The position numbers and the translations under genes are program-made. Shown here in pieces: positions 1 to 11,700 of a stretch of 64,000 nucleotides of DNA. Within the stretch, counting starts at the first letter, position 1. Every line of letters begins with the position of its first letter. Where the stretch lies: contig CDMY01000247.1 of the NCBI GenBank assembly GCA_001179505.1, positions 85,998 through 149,997 of the forward strand. Reading direction: 5' to 3'. The notes beneath the pieces were generated by a model. The model searched no databases. It was not told the DNA's origin and was given only the letters and a program-made list of their open reading frames with translations. The DNA is from Vitrella brassicaformis CCMP3155 (taxonomy: Eukaryota > Protista > Chromerida).

Positions 1-314
1 ACATGCCGCCAACTGCGTCTCGCGTCAGAGGCGGAGGCGGAAAGGAGCGGGGTGAGGCATGCCAACCGGCGAGTCATGTCTCAGTGCCCATTCGGTGTTG
101 ACGTTTGTTGTTTCTTCTTCCAGGTCTGCCTTTATCGGTGTCTACATTTTATATCCTGGAGGCGTATTCTCTTCTTCACTCGTCGCTCAGTGCCGATCTT
201 TCTGGCAACAAAGACACGCAGGGCGCTCTGACGCTTGGGAGCGGCCTTTTTTCTAGCACTCTTTTTTATTCGCTTGAGCTGTTGGCGAGAAGCAAACCGG
301 GAAAAGATGAACGC

Positions 315-2479
315 TCAATTTGGTTTTGGTTTTGGGAGCTGACACGCGTCAAACTTCTGTCGTGCAGCCCAATAAATAACTGTTCGACGAGTCAGCTGGT
401 GTCGCACAGTGCACTGACAGCACACGGCAGACGCACACACACGACAAACTGCACAAGGCAAAGGATCTCGCTGACCTATGACATAGACAGCTGTGCGGGA
501 AAAGCTCACGCACGAACTCAACACTAGACATGCAAACGAGTGGACAAATGATTCAGCCGAATCAGCCCCATACACAGAGTACCCTTCACATCAAGGCAGG
601 CAGGCAGGCAGGTGTGTACGTGCCTTCGTGTGTAAAGGTCACAGCCGTCCATCCCAAGACTAACTAATGGAGGCAGACACACAGACAGACAGATAGACAG
701 ACAGGTGAAGATTGGCATGGCGAGTGGCATTTGCCGCCGCCACGCTCACTTCCCCACCTACAGACACATAGACAAGAAAAAGCATCCATCCCTGCGTCCC
801 AACAGCAGCAGAGGACCTGACTACACGACCTGCCTTTGCGAGCAACAAGCACACGAAATACCTACACACACACACACACACATACTTGTACGGCGACCAA
901 AATCGGGACCGAGAGCCACAACTGGGACGAACGGCAACAGCAGCCCAGCGAGTGGGTATGGCGTGCAACACAGCGCTGGCCATGACGAGTATGCAGCCTG
1001 CATCAGTCAAGGCAGGCAGGTACGTGTGTGTGTAGGTCTCTCTCTCTCTCTCTCTGACCCTCTCTCTCTCAGTGTACGTGGCCAAAACTCACAGCCATCC
1101 AGCTGGCCATACGCAGACACTGCCTTTGCGTGACGGCCACTAGTGACACGTGGGGTCGCCACCTTCACAATCCATGAAAGCACACACGCAGACACACGCA
1201 CAGTCAGACAAACGACCCAAACACACATACGATCTCTCTTTGAGAGCACTCGACAGACAGCCAGACAGGTCCGCATGGCATCTCCGATTGGAGCATGCTG
1301 CAGAGCGCTGTCCATACATTCCCATGAACACACATCCCAAGCAGACAGACAGACAGACGGGCACCCATGACGCACGCATACCATGGAATGCATTGCACCG
1401 CCGCACGAATGTCACTCAGTCACTCGGTCTTTCGCTCTCTCAGGGGCGCCGCTTGACGGCCACGTGTGTGTACTCAGCACGGCCGCCGGTCTTGCTGCAC
1501 GGCGGCGGGCTGACGAAGACCCCCAGGGGAGTGGACAGCTTGCGCACGTCGAAACCGAGGAAGGGGCGGTAGCTCAGGTGGGTCCTTCAAAGCACGGCCA
1601 ACTGTCTGCTCATCTGCACACAAATAGGCACGTCGCAAATAACAAAATCCAAGTGTTCCATGTGGGTCGTGTGCGTGTACTGTTCTCTGCTCACTTGTTC
1701 CGTCGAGGGCAGCGCGTCTGCACCGAGGTGAACATGTGCCTCACCTCGTAGAGAAGCAGACCCTTCCCCCCTCTCTGGTCCCACTCGCCGCCCTCCGCCG
1801 ACTCGCCCACCCCGCTGTGCTCGATGAGGACGTGGGCGTCTGCCACCGCCAGAGGCCTCGCCTGGACCACCAGCGTCGGGTGACGACCACCTGCCTCTCC
1901 GAAGTGCCGCTCGTCCTGGCGGCGGATGGTGAGGGAAGGGGTCAACAAGACGGGGGAGTGTGGCAGCTTCCGCTTGGCGGCCCTCTTATGGTCGCTTGTG
2001 TCATCAAGGAAAGGGGCGGCGGTCTGACGTGGGGTCTGCCAGATGGACGAGGGCAGGGCCGTCATCGTGGGCTCGCTGTCAGGTGTGCAGAGGTTCGTCT
2101 GCTCCTCAGTGTCGAACAGTCGCATGGGCGAGTCGAGGCCGAAAGGCTGCTGCTGCTCCGGATGTTGTGGTCTCCACACCGGCGACTCGCACTCGAGCTT
2201 GACGGGCATGTCCAGAGGCAGCAACGACTTCTCAGCCAATGCGCCGATTGGCGGCCCTCCCAAACTCACGAATGACGCCTCGCTGCTGTCTGGTGAGGCG
2301 CACTGGAAGGGCGACTCGTCTGGCCTCATCCAGAAGGGCTTGGATGTCAGCAGTGTTGGCAGGCCATTCGCTTCGCTGCGGTCGTCGTCGTCATCTGATG
2401 ACAGGCAGGGAGGAGAAAGGAGCACAGGGCTGAGAAGGCTGATGCTCATAGTGCCGGGCTTCGTCGAGGAAAAGATCAT
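315..2479 (-). CDS. Hypothetical multi-exon protein with a Ser/Pro-rich N-terminus
   Basis: Long first exon 2479-1745 (MIFSSTKPG...GLLLYE) ends at the donor GAG|gtgagg. Several downstream minus-strand GT-AG introns have TGTC/TGTG-rich 3' ends (about 1600, 1310, 1165, 1000). Downstream frames and the 3' end are uncertain; no domain recognised. Confidence 0.45.
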
Positions 2480-2813
2480 CCTCTCAATCCTGAGACTGGG
2501 GGCGTCGGCGTCTCAGGGGGAACAGCCTGTGTGGCAAAGATGCTGGGGTCCCTGCACAGCCGGCAAGCTCCCCGACTGCAGGGCCAGGAGGGCGGCAGAG
2601 GGAGAGACGGCCGCAGCCGCCCCAGTGGTGTTGAGGAGGCGTGCTACATCCAGCTGCCGAGAGTCGACGAGGGCGACGCTGCCGCACAGCAGGCCATCCA
2701 CCACACACAGACGGGCCATCCCAAGGTCACCTTGCAATGCTCCTAGTGCACCTCTGCGTGTCTGGCCATCGGCCTCTGATGTCTGTGTCCCTCCCTCCCT
2801 CAAGGCATTGCAG

Positions 2814-5800
2814 ATGTCAGCGTCGGCCTCGAGTGACCAGGTCCCTCTGCTGCAGGACGATGAGCAAGGGCTGATGGAGCCCCAGCTGCCGGACGTCACC
2901 GATGACATCGCCAAGGCACCGAGACGCATCGAACAGGTCTATGGCTGTGATGCCGACAGCGGCACGAGGTCACTCTCTGAGTGGTCTGTTGGACGTCTGT
3001 GTGTCATCTGCAGGTGCCCCTGGTGGGTGCCCCGGCCGCCGACGATTGGGAACCGACTCAGTCGCTGAGAGACAGCATCAAAGAGGTCATCTATGAATCA
3101 GATGCGGAGGGTCTGCGGAAGGCCCTCGCCGATCTCTCGCCTGAGCAAGTGGAGAAGGTGCTGACGACTGGAGAATGGAAATGGCGCTCGGAGGACTCTG
3201 CCATCCACTATGCCGCACGTATGCATCATCGCATCACTACACACACATGATGCAGCTACGTGATCTCTGTGTGCGCTTCTCAGAGAAGTGTAAGGATGTG
3301 GCTGTGTTTGAGGTGCTGCTGGACAACCGACGCCACCTGCTCAACCTGAAAGACAAGGTATCGTGCTCGACACTTACACTCATTCTGCTTATTCGCCCGA
3401 TCGGTGTCTTCACTGCAATCTTCATGCTGTGTCTGTAGGGTGGCAGGACGCCTCTTCATTTGGCAACAAGAGAAGGGTCAGATGATGTTGTGTCGAAGTT
3501 CATCGAGTGGGGCGGGAAGGAACTGCTGGAAGCTAAAGACATCGTAAGGACGAGGGAATGTCGAGTGGTGCATTGAACACCATGTGTGTCTTGTTCATGC
3601 TGTGATTCAGGATGGCAACACGCCTCTTCATTTGGCAGCAGGGAGCGGGTCAGTTGATGTCGTGGAGAAGTTCATCAAGTGGGGCGGAAAGGAACTGCTG
3701 GAGGCTCGGAACGAGGTGAGGACGAGGGAGTGTCGAGTGGTGCATTGAACAGCATGTGTCTCTTGTTCATGCTGTGATTCAGAATGGCAACACGCCCCTT
3801 CATATGGTAGCAACAGGTGGTGTTGTGGAGAAGTTTGTTGAGTGGGGCGGAAAAAAACTGCTGGAAGCTCGAAACACCGTATGGACCAGGGAACGTCGAC
3901 TTATGCATTGGACAGCATGTGTGTCTTGTTCATGCTGTGATTCAGCATGGCGAGACGCGAGGCGTGAAAGCACAAGATTTGAACGTTCAGCATCTCAAGG
4001 AGGTGGTGCCTTCCGCAAAGGAGTTCCTGAAGGAGCACTCTGAGTCGCTGGGCCTCGACAGCCTTCGCTGCTGTGCCGTCTTTCGCCAACTGATGAAATT
4101 GCGCCCCAAGGACTCCCTCACAGATGACCTTGCCAATTTTTCCAACTGGCAGGAGGTAAACAATGACGGACACACAGAGCACAGCAGTCTTCACCTCTGC
4201 ACTGACTGGCCAATCTATTCAGGCGCTCACAGCCAATTTCTGCAGCGATACAGATTGGTATCGCTTCAAGTGGTCACTTACAGGCAAAGAGAGAGAATGG
4301 TTTGCAACGCTCGAGTCTGCGGAGCCCCTCTCTGTCGTCACCCAAGGTAAGCCGCACAAGCGATCTCCTCGTTTCTCTGTCGGTCCGCTCATGTCTCCTC
4401 CGTCTCTCTGTCAATGATTGTGACAGCCAACTGCATCTCTCTCGTAACAAGGCATTGGCAGAAAAACTACGAAAACTGGAGGCTTCAGCTGTCACCCCGT
4501 GAAGTGTTCTTCAGCCGCGTGCTGTCAATGCTGCTGATGTGAGACCACAGCCATGGACAACGATGCAGGCAGAGAGAAGCATCTCTGTCTGTCTGTGTGT
4601 GTTGCAGGGTGTCCTTTGTGCTTCTGCACATCGAGTCGATCAAGGGATAAAGCGGCATGATGATGGCGGGAGCCTGGCCGCCGGTGTGGCTCTGGGGCTC
4701 AGTGCTGACGGGCAGCGGCTTCATCCTTCTGGAAATCTTCCAAGTAAGACAGATCAGAGAAGACATGCCTGACTGAGCAATGTGTGCCTCTGTGTGCCTG
4801 TAGGGCATCCGGCTGAAGGCAGCGTACTGGGCCGACTCATGGTACGCGTCAGGCTTCGAGCCGGCGGCTCCATTTGTTTGCTGTCGGTGTGTGTGTGTGG
4901 GGATCCATGAAGGAATTGGGTGGATGCTGGAAGTTCACTGGCCATCATCGCCTTCATTGCCATCCACTTCGCTGGCTGGTCGGAGGAGGCGGAAGTGAGC
5001 TCAGGGATCGTCATAGCGCTGCTCTTTGCGCTTCGCCTCCTCCAAACCGCCAGCCTGCACCCAGCGTCGGACCACTCATACTGTCAGTGAGAGAGAGACA
5101 GAGAGACAGACACAGAGAGGTCATGTCTGATGCTGTGTGTGACGGGTGTGTGTGTCAGTGCGGTTGTGAGGATGTTTTCGGACATCAGCATGTTTCTGTG
5201 TCTGTACGTCTACATCCTGCTGGTCTTCGCGGTCGTCTTCACCCTCCTCTCCTCCGACGAAGACCACCAGTACTTCGGCTCCTTCGCCAAAGCCACGCTC
5301 ACGCTGTACTCGATGACACCGACACACACAGAGAGAGAGCGCCAGTCGTCATGCTGTTGGTTGGCTGGCTGCATTAGTTTCTACGGGGGTCTTGGCGACT
5401 TCAATGATGCGCTGACGAACGCCATCGAGAGCCACGACACACTGGGGACCGTCCTGCTGTTCACATACGTCATCCTCTCGTCCATCATACTCGTACGTCA
5501 GACTCAGCAACACACATACACTTAAAGGAGCTCAACGAGCCGCACAAAAGGACTCCCTTTGTTGTCTCTCTGTCTCTTTGTCTGACCGCATCGATAGCTC
5601 AACCTGCTCATTGCCATCATGGTGAGACACACACAAGGGACATCGAGCGTGTCATAAGACTGAACAACGCTCCTGTATGTGTGTCTGTCTGTCTGTCTCT
5701 CTCTATGTCAGGCGTCGACGTATGCGGTTATCGAGCAAACACAGACTGCCCAATATCAGTAAGAGAGACAGACAGACCGCGACACATTATGGCTCTCTCT

Positions 5801-6832
5801 TTGTCCGTGAATGACTGAGTGCAGGTTGCTGCGCGTCCGCGTGTTGAATGAGTACCTCACAATGCCGCACCACGAGCGCCTCCCGCCGCCATTCAACCTC
5901 ATCGGTCGGTGCGGCCGACAAGAGACATCAACTGCACCCACAACATGTGAGCATAATCTGTGTGTGTGCAGCTGTGGTCGTGTCGGAGCCCCTGCGCTAT
6001 GTCGCCTCCCTCATCAGCGGCCGGCAGTCGGCACTCTGCCGCATCGACGAGAAGGTGCCGCATTGCCTTCTCGTCGATGAAGGCCATCTACTGCACCGTC
6101 GATGCGCTCCTATTTGCCGTCGCCTTCACACCAATTGCCATCTACCGTCACCTGGAGAAGCTTCAGCAATGCATACGGGACGAGATACAGCGGCGACAGT
6201 ACTGGACCCTTGACAATACTGGAGAGAGGATACAGAAGACAGTCCAGATCTGGGACGCATTCAAAATACTCGGTGTCATCCTCGTGATGCCCTTGTATCT
6301 TCTGTACCATTACGTCAATTACGTCAAAGCAGAGGTGAGAGTTCCAAGTGGCCAATCCCATCCAGCAATGGAATCTGTCTGTGGTGCCAAAGGAATCTTA
6401 CGAGGACACTGAGGAGTGGAAAGCCAGAGAGAGGCGTGAAGCACGGGACGGATACAAAGACAGCATCGACGAGTGGATGGAGGCTGCGGATCACCACCAC
6501 TCAAACTTCCCTGACGTCATGGCAGGTGACACAGAAGAGACACACAATCACACATGCATAACTGCGTCTCTATTCGGTGTTCTGCAGCCCTCAAGCACAA
6601 CCAAACTTCTCAATTCGAGATGCTGTCAGGTGACAATGACAGCAATCAAGACAAGTTGAACTCAGTCATCTCCGCATTTGCTTGCGCCTCAGTCTTGAAG
6701 AAGATGGAAACCGAAATACGGAAACAGCTAAAACAGATGGACGAGCGACGGACGAAGATGGAATCACAGCAGAAAGAAGTCTGGAAACAAGTGGACGAGC
6801 GATTGACCAAGATAGAGGCGAAGATCAACTAG
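2814..6832 (+). pseudogene. Ankyrin-repeat TRP-like cation channel, disrupted (copy 1)
   Basis: Spliced product has ankyrin repeats (GRTPLHLA, GNTPLHLA, GNTPLHMV), a 6-TM core (YWADSWNWVD; LLFALRLLQ; MFSDISMFLCLY; pore FYGGLGDF; S6 LNLLIAIMASTY), TRP-box-like LRVRVLNEY...PPPFNL and a C-terminal coiled coil. Lesions relative to the paralog at 48764-53828: in-frame TAA at 4648-4650, 1-nt deletion near 5065, 19-nt insertion at 6045-6063. An extra 5' exon may lie at about 2531-2750. Confidence 0.85.
3439..3957 (+). repeat. Tandem exon+intron cassette (172-bp unit) encoding ankyrin repeats
   Basis: Exons start at 3439, 3611, 3783 and 3946 (spacing 172, 172, 163). The phase-0 introns are near-identical (gtaaggacgaggga...gtggtgcattgaac...catgtgtgtcttgttcatgctgtgattcag). 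Confidence 0.9.
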
Positions 6833-7021
6833 AAGCAAGACAACAACAGCTGCACGGCTCTCGGGCGGACGAAAAACAAATCAAATGCGATGCATAGCCA
6901 ATTCACATATGCACGGAGACAGACATTGAGCTGATCGACTCAAATCACGTCTGCCCATTCGCTACATTTGAACATGAAATGCGAATTCTGTCCATTTGCC
7001 GATTGAGGACTGATGAGTGTA

Positions 7022-8392
7022 CTATGTGTCTGAGTCATGTACACATGAGAGTGCCACGCGTTTTGTGACGTATACGTCAACCGACGTCACCACACTCACG
7101 ACGACGCATGGCAATGTTGCCCACCCCCTGCTCGTCTCTCTTGGCCGCTGTGACTGTTCTCTTCCCTGCCGAAATCTCCGATACCACGAGCTCGGTCCCA
7201 GGGGATTCTCCTGCCCCATGTGATCCTCACTATAGTCGTATCTCTGTGCGAGAACTCCAACAACGTGCTGGATGCCGGCTGGTGTTTGCCCCTTGCGGTC
7301 CAGGGCACACCAACAGCGGCAGAGCACTGAACCGTCATCATGGCCATCACAAAACTCCTGACCCTCCTGGTGGTAGCGGCTTGCAAACGATAAGTACTCG
7401 AGCGCCATCGACAGCTGGTGATGCGCGTAGGCGAGCGGTGAACGTGCGGGGTCGGCAGGCGAACATGCCTGCTTGTCAAGAGCAAGCAGGCTGGCGTCTT
7501 CAGCAGACCTCCGCACGGCATCCGCACTTGTCGCCTGGTGCCGGCTCGACGCCACCATTGGCGATGATCCGCACACTCTGATCTCCTTTAGTCTGACGGT
7601 AGCCTCCCAATCGCAGTTGGTGTTGAATCGTGTGCGGTCACGGAGACAGACGAAGGCCACGTCGGCAGCCTCGAGACAGTGTGAACTGTCCTCTCCCGCG
7701 GGCAGCAGGCGACACGGGCTTGGTCTAGTGCAAACGCAGCCCTCCACCATCCTCGCGACTGTAGGCAGATCCTCTAGCACTGCAACCAACCACACACCCA
7801 GACAGACAGACAGACAGACAATACACGACGGTGAAAGCGTCCATCTCGTCTCATCCATCTCGCTTACGGAATGTGCCGTATCCGCCGGTCCTGGCGGAGC
7901 CCTGTCGACAGCCCAGATTAATGTCAATCATGTCAGCAAAGGGCTTCAGCGCCTTGGCGGTTTCGATGAAGTGTGCCGTGGAGTTGCCGCAGAGCTGCAC
8001 ACTCAGAGAATGGTCGTCCACCAACTGAACATCTGATCAATTGGAATGGCGAGAGTCGTGCAGTCAGGTGTGTGTTCCTGGTGCCTTACTTGCATCACTC
8101 TGTCCATGATATTGGGATACTCGAGCACAATCCTGCTGTGCACCATCGGCCTGCACGGCAAATCTGCACAAGCAACCCACACCAGAAACAAGCAACGCAG
8201 AGAGGAATGCGCTGACAACAATTCGCGTTTGCTGCCCAGCGTACCCACGCCGTATTTTCTGGTCATCATGCGGAAGGCTGCCTCGCTTTGCAAAACCATC
8301 GGCGAACAGACATACCGCGGCGACCCCAGAGATGTTCTCCACACGTCCCAGGAAGATTCGCCGTCCATCGCAGAGAAGCTGCGCCGAGACAA
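7022..8392 (-). pseudogene. DUS1: tRNA-dihydrouridine synthase 1-like, degenerate
   Basis: Spliced motifs match the DUS1 family: WDVWRTSLGSPRYVCSPMVLQSEAAFRMMTRKYG, PMVHSR, DDHSLSVQLCGN, DMIDINLGCRQGSARTGGYGTFL, LEAADVAFVCLRDRTR...CDWEA, ADAV..SAE, ALEYLSFASRY. The conserved IIANGGV is in a different frame from its flanks (about 7575-7540), and there are internal deletions plus NLGCP->NLGCR and HGR->RDR changes. Confidence 0.8.
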
Positions 8393-8773
8393 CCTCTTGC
8401 GCCTCTTGCGATGCAGACAGGGCGCTGTTTGTCACAGATCTCGGCTCGTCAGCTCACGAGGCTGGGACGAACAATGAACAATGAACGCTTCAGAATCTGA
8501 ACGGGGAAGAGCAAGCAGGACACACAGCCAAACTCATCCAATAGCTCCGTAGTTGGAATGTTTCGCTGCCTTCCGTCCTTCTTTCCACCCGCATTCAAGC
8601 TCGCACTTCGGCTGACCTGTTCGCTTTGTTTTTGTAGCTGTTCGTGCCGAACCAGGCTCCATTGAGCTCTGATGGGTTCGTCGAGGGGGATGCCGTTCAG
8701 CTGAGTCTCGACTCCCTCTCTTTGTTTTTGTTTGACATCGTGTAAGGCGACGCGATAGCTCGTGAGCAGAGGA

Positions 8774-11700
8774 ATGTCGATGAGTGACGCAGGCAACGTG
8801 GCCACAAGGATAGAGGGTGAGACACGATTGTTGGGCAACGTTCACGACAAGAACGACAAACCCTTCCCTTCGACGTCTTTTGTCGTTTGGGCAGGTGGTG
8901 AGTCCTACGCGCCTCAGCCGAGCGCGGAGGCTCCCCTGTCTTCCACTGACGAGTCGCTGCACAAGGACCCCCCTCTCCAGCCCTCATGTCAGGCTCCCGT
9001 CTTCAGACCGCCACCCGACTTGGTTCCCAAACCTAATCACAGCCCACCAGACAGACCTCAGACGGCTGTTCCGATGCCGGCCGAGCCCCCGGAGGCCGCC
9101 AAGCCTCCCGCCGCACCAGCAGCTGCGACGAAGAAGGCTGGCGTGTCCCCTGACAAAAGAGACATGGGTGGTGTGTGTGAGGAGGTGGTTTGTGCGCACG
9201 GGTGTATTGGCCGCTGGTCGGCCAAGTGGGCGTGTGAGGGCGGCTATGCGGGTCAGGCGGAGCACCCCAGGAGCGCCCATAGCCTCATCGCACAGTTCGA
9301 CGCCGCATACCGAAAGAACCCCTTCCCCAGCGACGAGAAAGGACGCGACACATGGTACCTACAAACGTACATGAAGCACGTATTACATGTGTACACGTCC
9401 ATGTCTGTGAGTGACAGACAGACAAGTACATGGACAGCACGTCACAGATTCGGTCTGTCTAATGCCGCTTGTCCTCATGTGCGTGCACCGCAGGTTTAAG
9501 ACTCAGTCGTTTTTCAAGACAATCGGCAAGCGCACTCAGCGAGAGTTCCTCGACGACCTCACACTCACGCTCGACTGCCGGCGGCTCATCCGATGCGCCG
9601 CAGACGTCAGAAACCGACTCGCACCGACACACGCAGCGGACAAAGCAATGGACAGGGTGAGTGTGAGACACACAAACAAAACAACAAACAACAGCATCAT
9701 CAAGTGAAGCGTCTCTGCTTTCCGTGTGTCAGATGGATGAGGATACTGGCGATGATCCCGCCTCACAGCTGCGATCGGTACATGAACATAACCAAACACT
9801 CACTCCGTCTATTGTGCTTCCTTGTCTGTGTGCAGGTCTCGCGTGCCCTTCAGGAGCGCACCAAAGAGATAGCCGCCGTGCGATCCCACGCACACAATGA
9901 ACACCTAGCCAACACACGAATCTGCTTGTCTTGACGCATTGTCCGTTCGTGGTTGTGCAGGTGCGTCTGTCTATCGATCAGAAGCGGCATCTTCGCAGAC
10001 TCATCCGCAAGGAAAGGGAGGTATGCACGTCACTCACTCACCGACGAACACAAGAACGACCCGTGAGCACTGGAGGATGTGTCGTTCTCCGCTGTGTCAG
10101 GAGTTGGCAAGCAAGAGGGTGCCGGCGATGCATCTCAAGTCACGAGAAATCGAGCGTTGTAGACGAGACGTAACTTAGACGATGCCGTCCTGAAAGCATA
10201 CGGGTGTATTCCTTCTTTGTCTGTGTTTGCATGCAGCTGGATATGGCGATCGGGGGCAAGGATGAGGCACTGCAGGTCTGTCTGCCAGACGCATCGATGC
10301 GCATGTGTGTTGCCTTCACAACGTGGATGGCTGTCTGTCTCTGTGCGTGTCAGGAGTTGACGCTGATGATTCGGAACGAGAAGGCGCGGCTGACCGAGCT
10401 GGAGAGCTCACAGAAGGACCAAGAGGACAAATACAAGGTCACTCAGAATCCCACCCACCCACTATTGATCCACCGATGGATCTTTCCTCTCTGCTGGTGG
10501 CTTGTGTGTCAGGGTGCGAACAAGTCTCGCATGGCCAAGCCCACGGCTCCCATGTTCCAGGAGTGGCTGTCGGCCTCTCGCAGATCACCGGTTACCACAA
10601 AGGGGCAGCACACCAGCACCAGACGGACACACGCACACCTCTTCGTGTGTGTGCCTTTTGGTCGATCAGCACCGGCCTTCGCCCGACGGCGGCTCTCCCG
10701 CCAAGATGCCTCGTCAGGCGGACAAGTCAGGCACCTCGCCGCCCAGACCATCAGCCCCCTCGGCCCCCGCACCACCACATAGTGCACTCGGTCCCCTCCC
10801 CACTGTGGAGAGGGGAGGCGGAGCGACGCATGAGCTGAAGGACCACCCCATCCCCCCTGTCATGGGCGGCGAGGCCGAGGCCAAGGACATGGACGCCAAG
10901 GCCCCCTCGCAGCCTTCGCCGACAGTGCCTGACGGCCTGTCCGAGTCACGACACGCCAGCTTCTCCAACCAGAGCGCAGCCAACGGCGAGCCCGACCCGA
11001 CGAACGCCTTCCCGCTCACACTGCGTCTGCGTGCGCTGATCCCCGACCGTCAGCCTTTGGGCGTCTGCCCGTGGCGGCCCACCAGGAGGGACCCGTGGGC
11101 CAAGGTCCGCGTGTGCTTCAACAAGGTGCAGACCGAGTACGTCAACATCAAGGACTTCCACCTCTCCCAGTTCCCCATGAGGGAGGCCTACCGGGAGGCC
11201 ATCAAGATCCGCAACAACATCGCCGCCAGGCTGGGCCTCGCGCCTATTCCCGTCGACCAGGCCGACCACGTCCTCGACACAGAGGACTGGAGCAAGTACG
11301 AGACACTCGACACCGCACCCAAACGGCGCAAGAGACGGCAGAGTAAGGAGCCGTCAGCGCCCGTCCCGCCCCCACACAGCGGCCGCAAGAAGGTGCCCTT
11401 CATCGAGCAGCTCAGGTCACTCCTGCCGCCCGAGGCACCCCTCGGCCTCTCTGTCGTGGCTAACAGCTCCCGTGGTGCACCGCCGACGGCCATCGAGAAG
11501 ATCATGGTGGGGTTCCGCCAGCAGGAGGGCCAGCCGAGAGAGGAGGTGGTGTGTGCGGATTTCCCCTCCCTCAGGGAGGCTGTCGAGTGCGCGGTCGAGA
11601 AGCGCAACGCCAAGGCCGCTGAGTGGTCGCTGCACCCGCTGTCGAAAGACCAAGTTGACACCATTCTGACGCAAGTGGACTGGGCCAAGTGGGAGGGCGT

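Noticed and set aside
1000-1500. Kinase-like fragments (HVAVKR, H..VSAYG, ILVM) in the leftmost gene
   Set aside because: They are not in a consistent spliced frame, and no HRD, DFG or APE equivalents were found.
1587-1589. Apparent in-frame TGA (LAVL*RTHLSYRPF) suggesting selenocysteine or readthrough
   Set aside because: An adjacent acceptor (gagcag|acag) gives an open alternative frame (TVGRALKDPPELPP...), and no SECIS or Cys-homolog evidence is visible.
3439-3957. Regularly spaced repeats as a possible CRISPR array
   Set aside because: The units are exon+intron copies encoding ankyrin repeats, there are no unique spacers or cas genes, and the context is eukaryotic.
6334-6391. Apparent third frameshift in TRP copy 1
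   Set aside because: Explained by a GT-AG intron at the same position as in copy 2.
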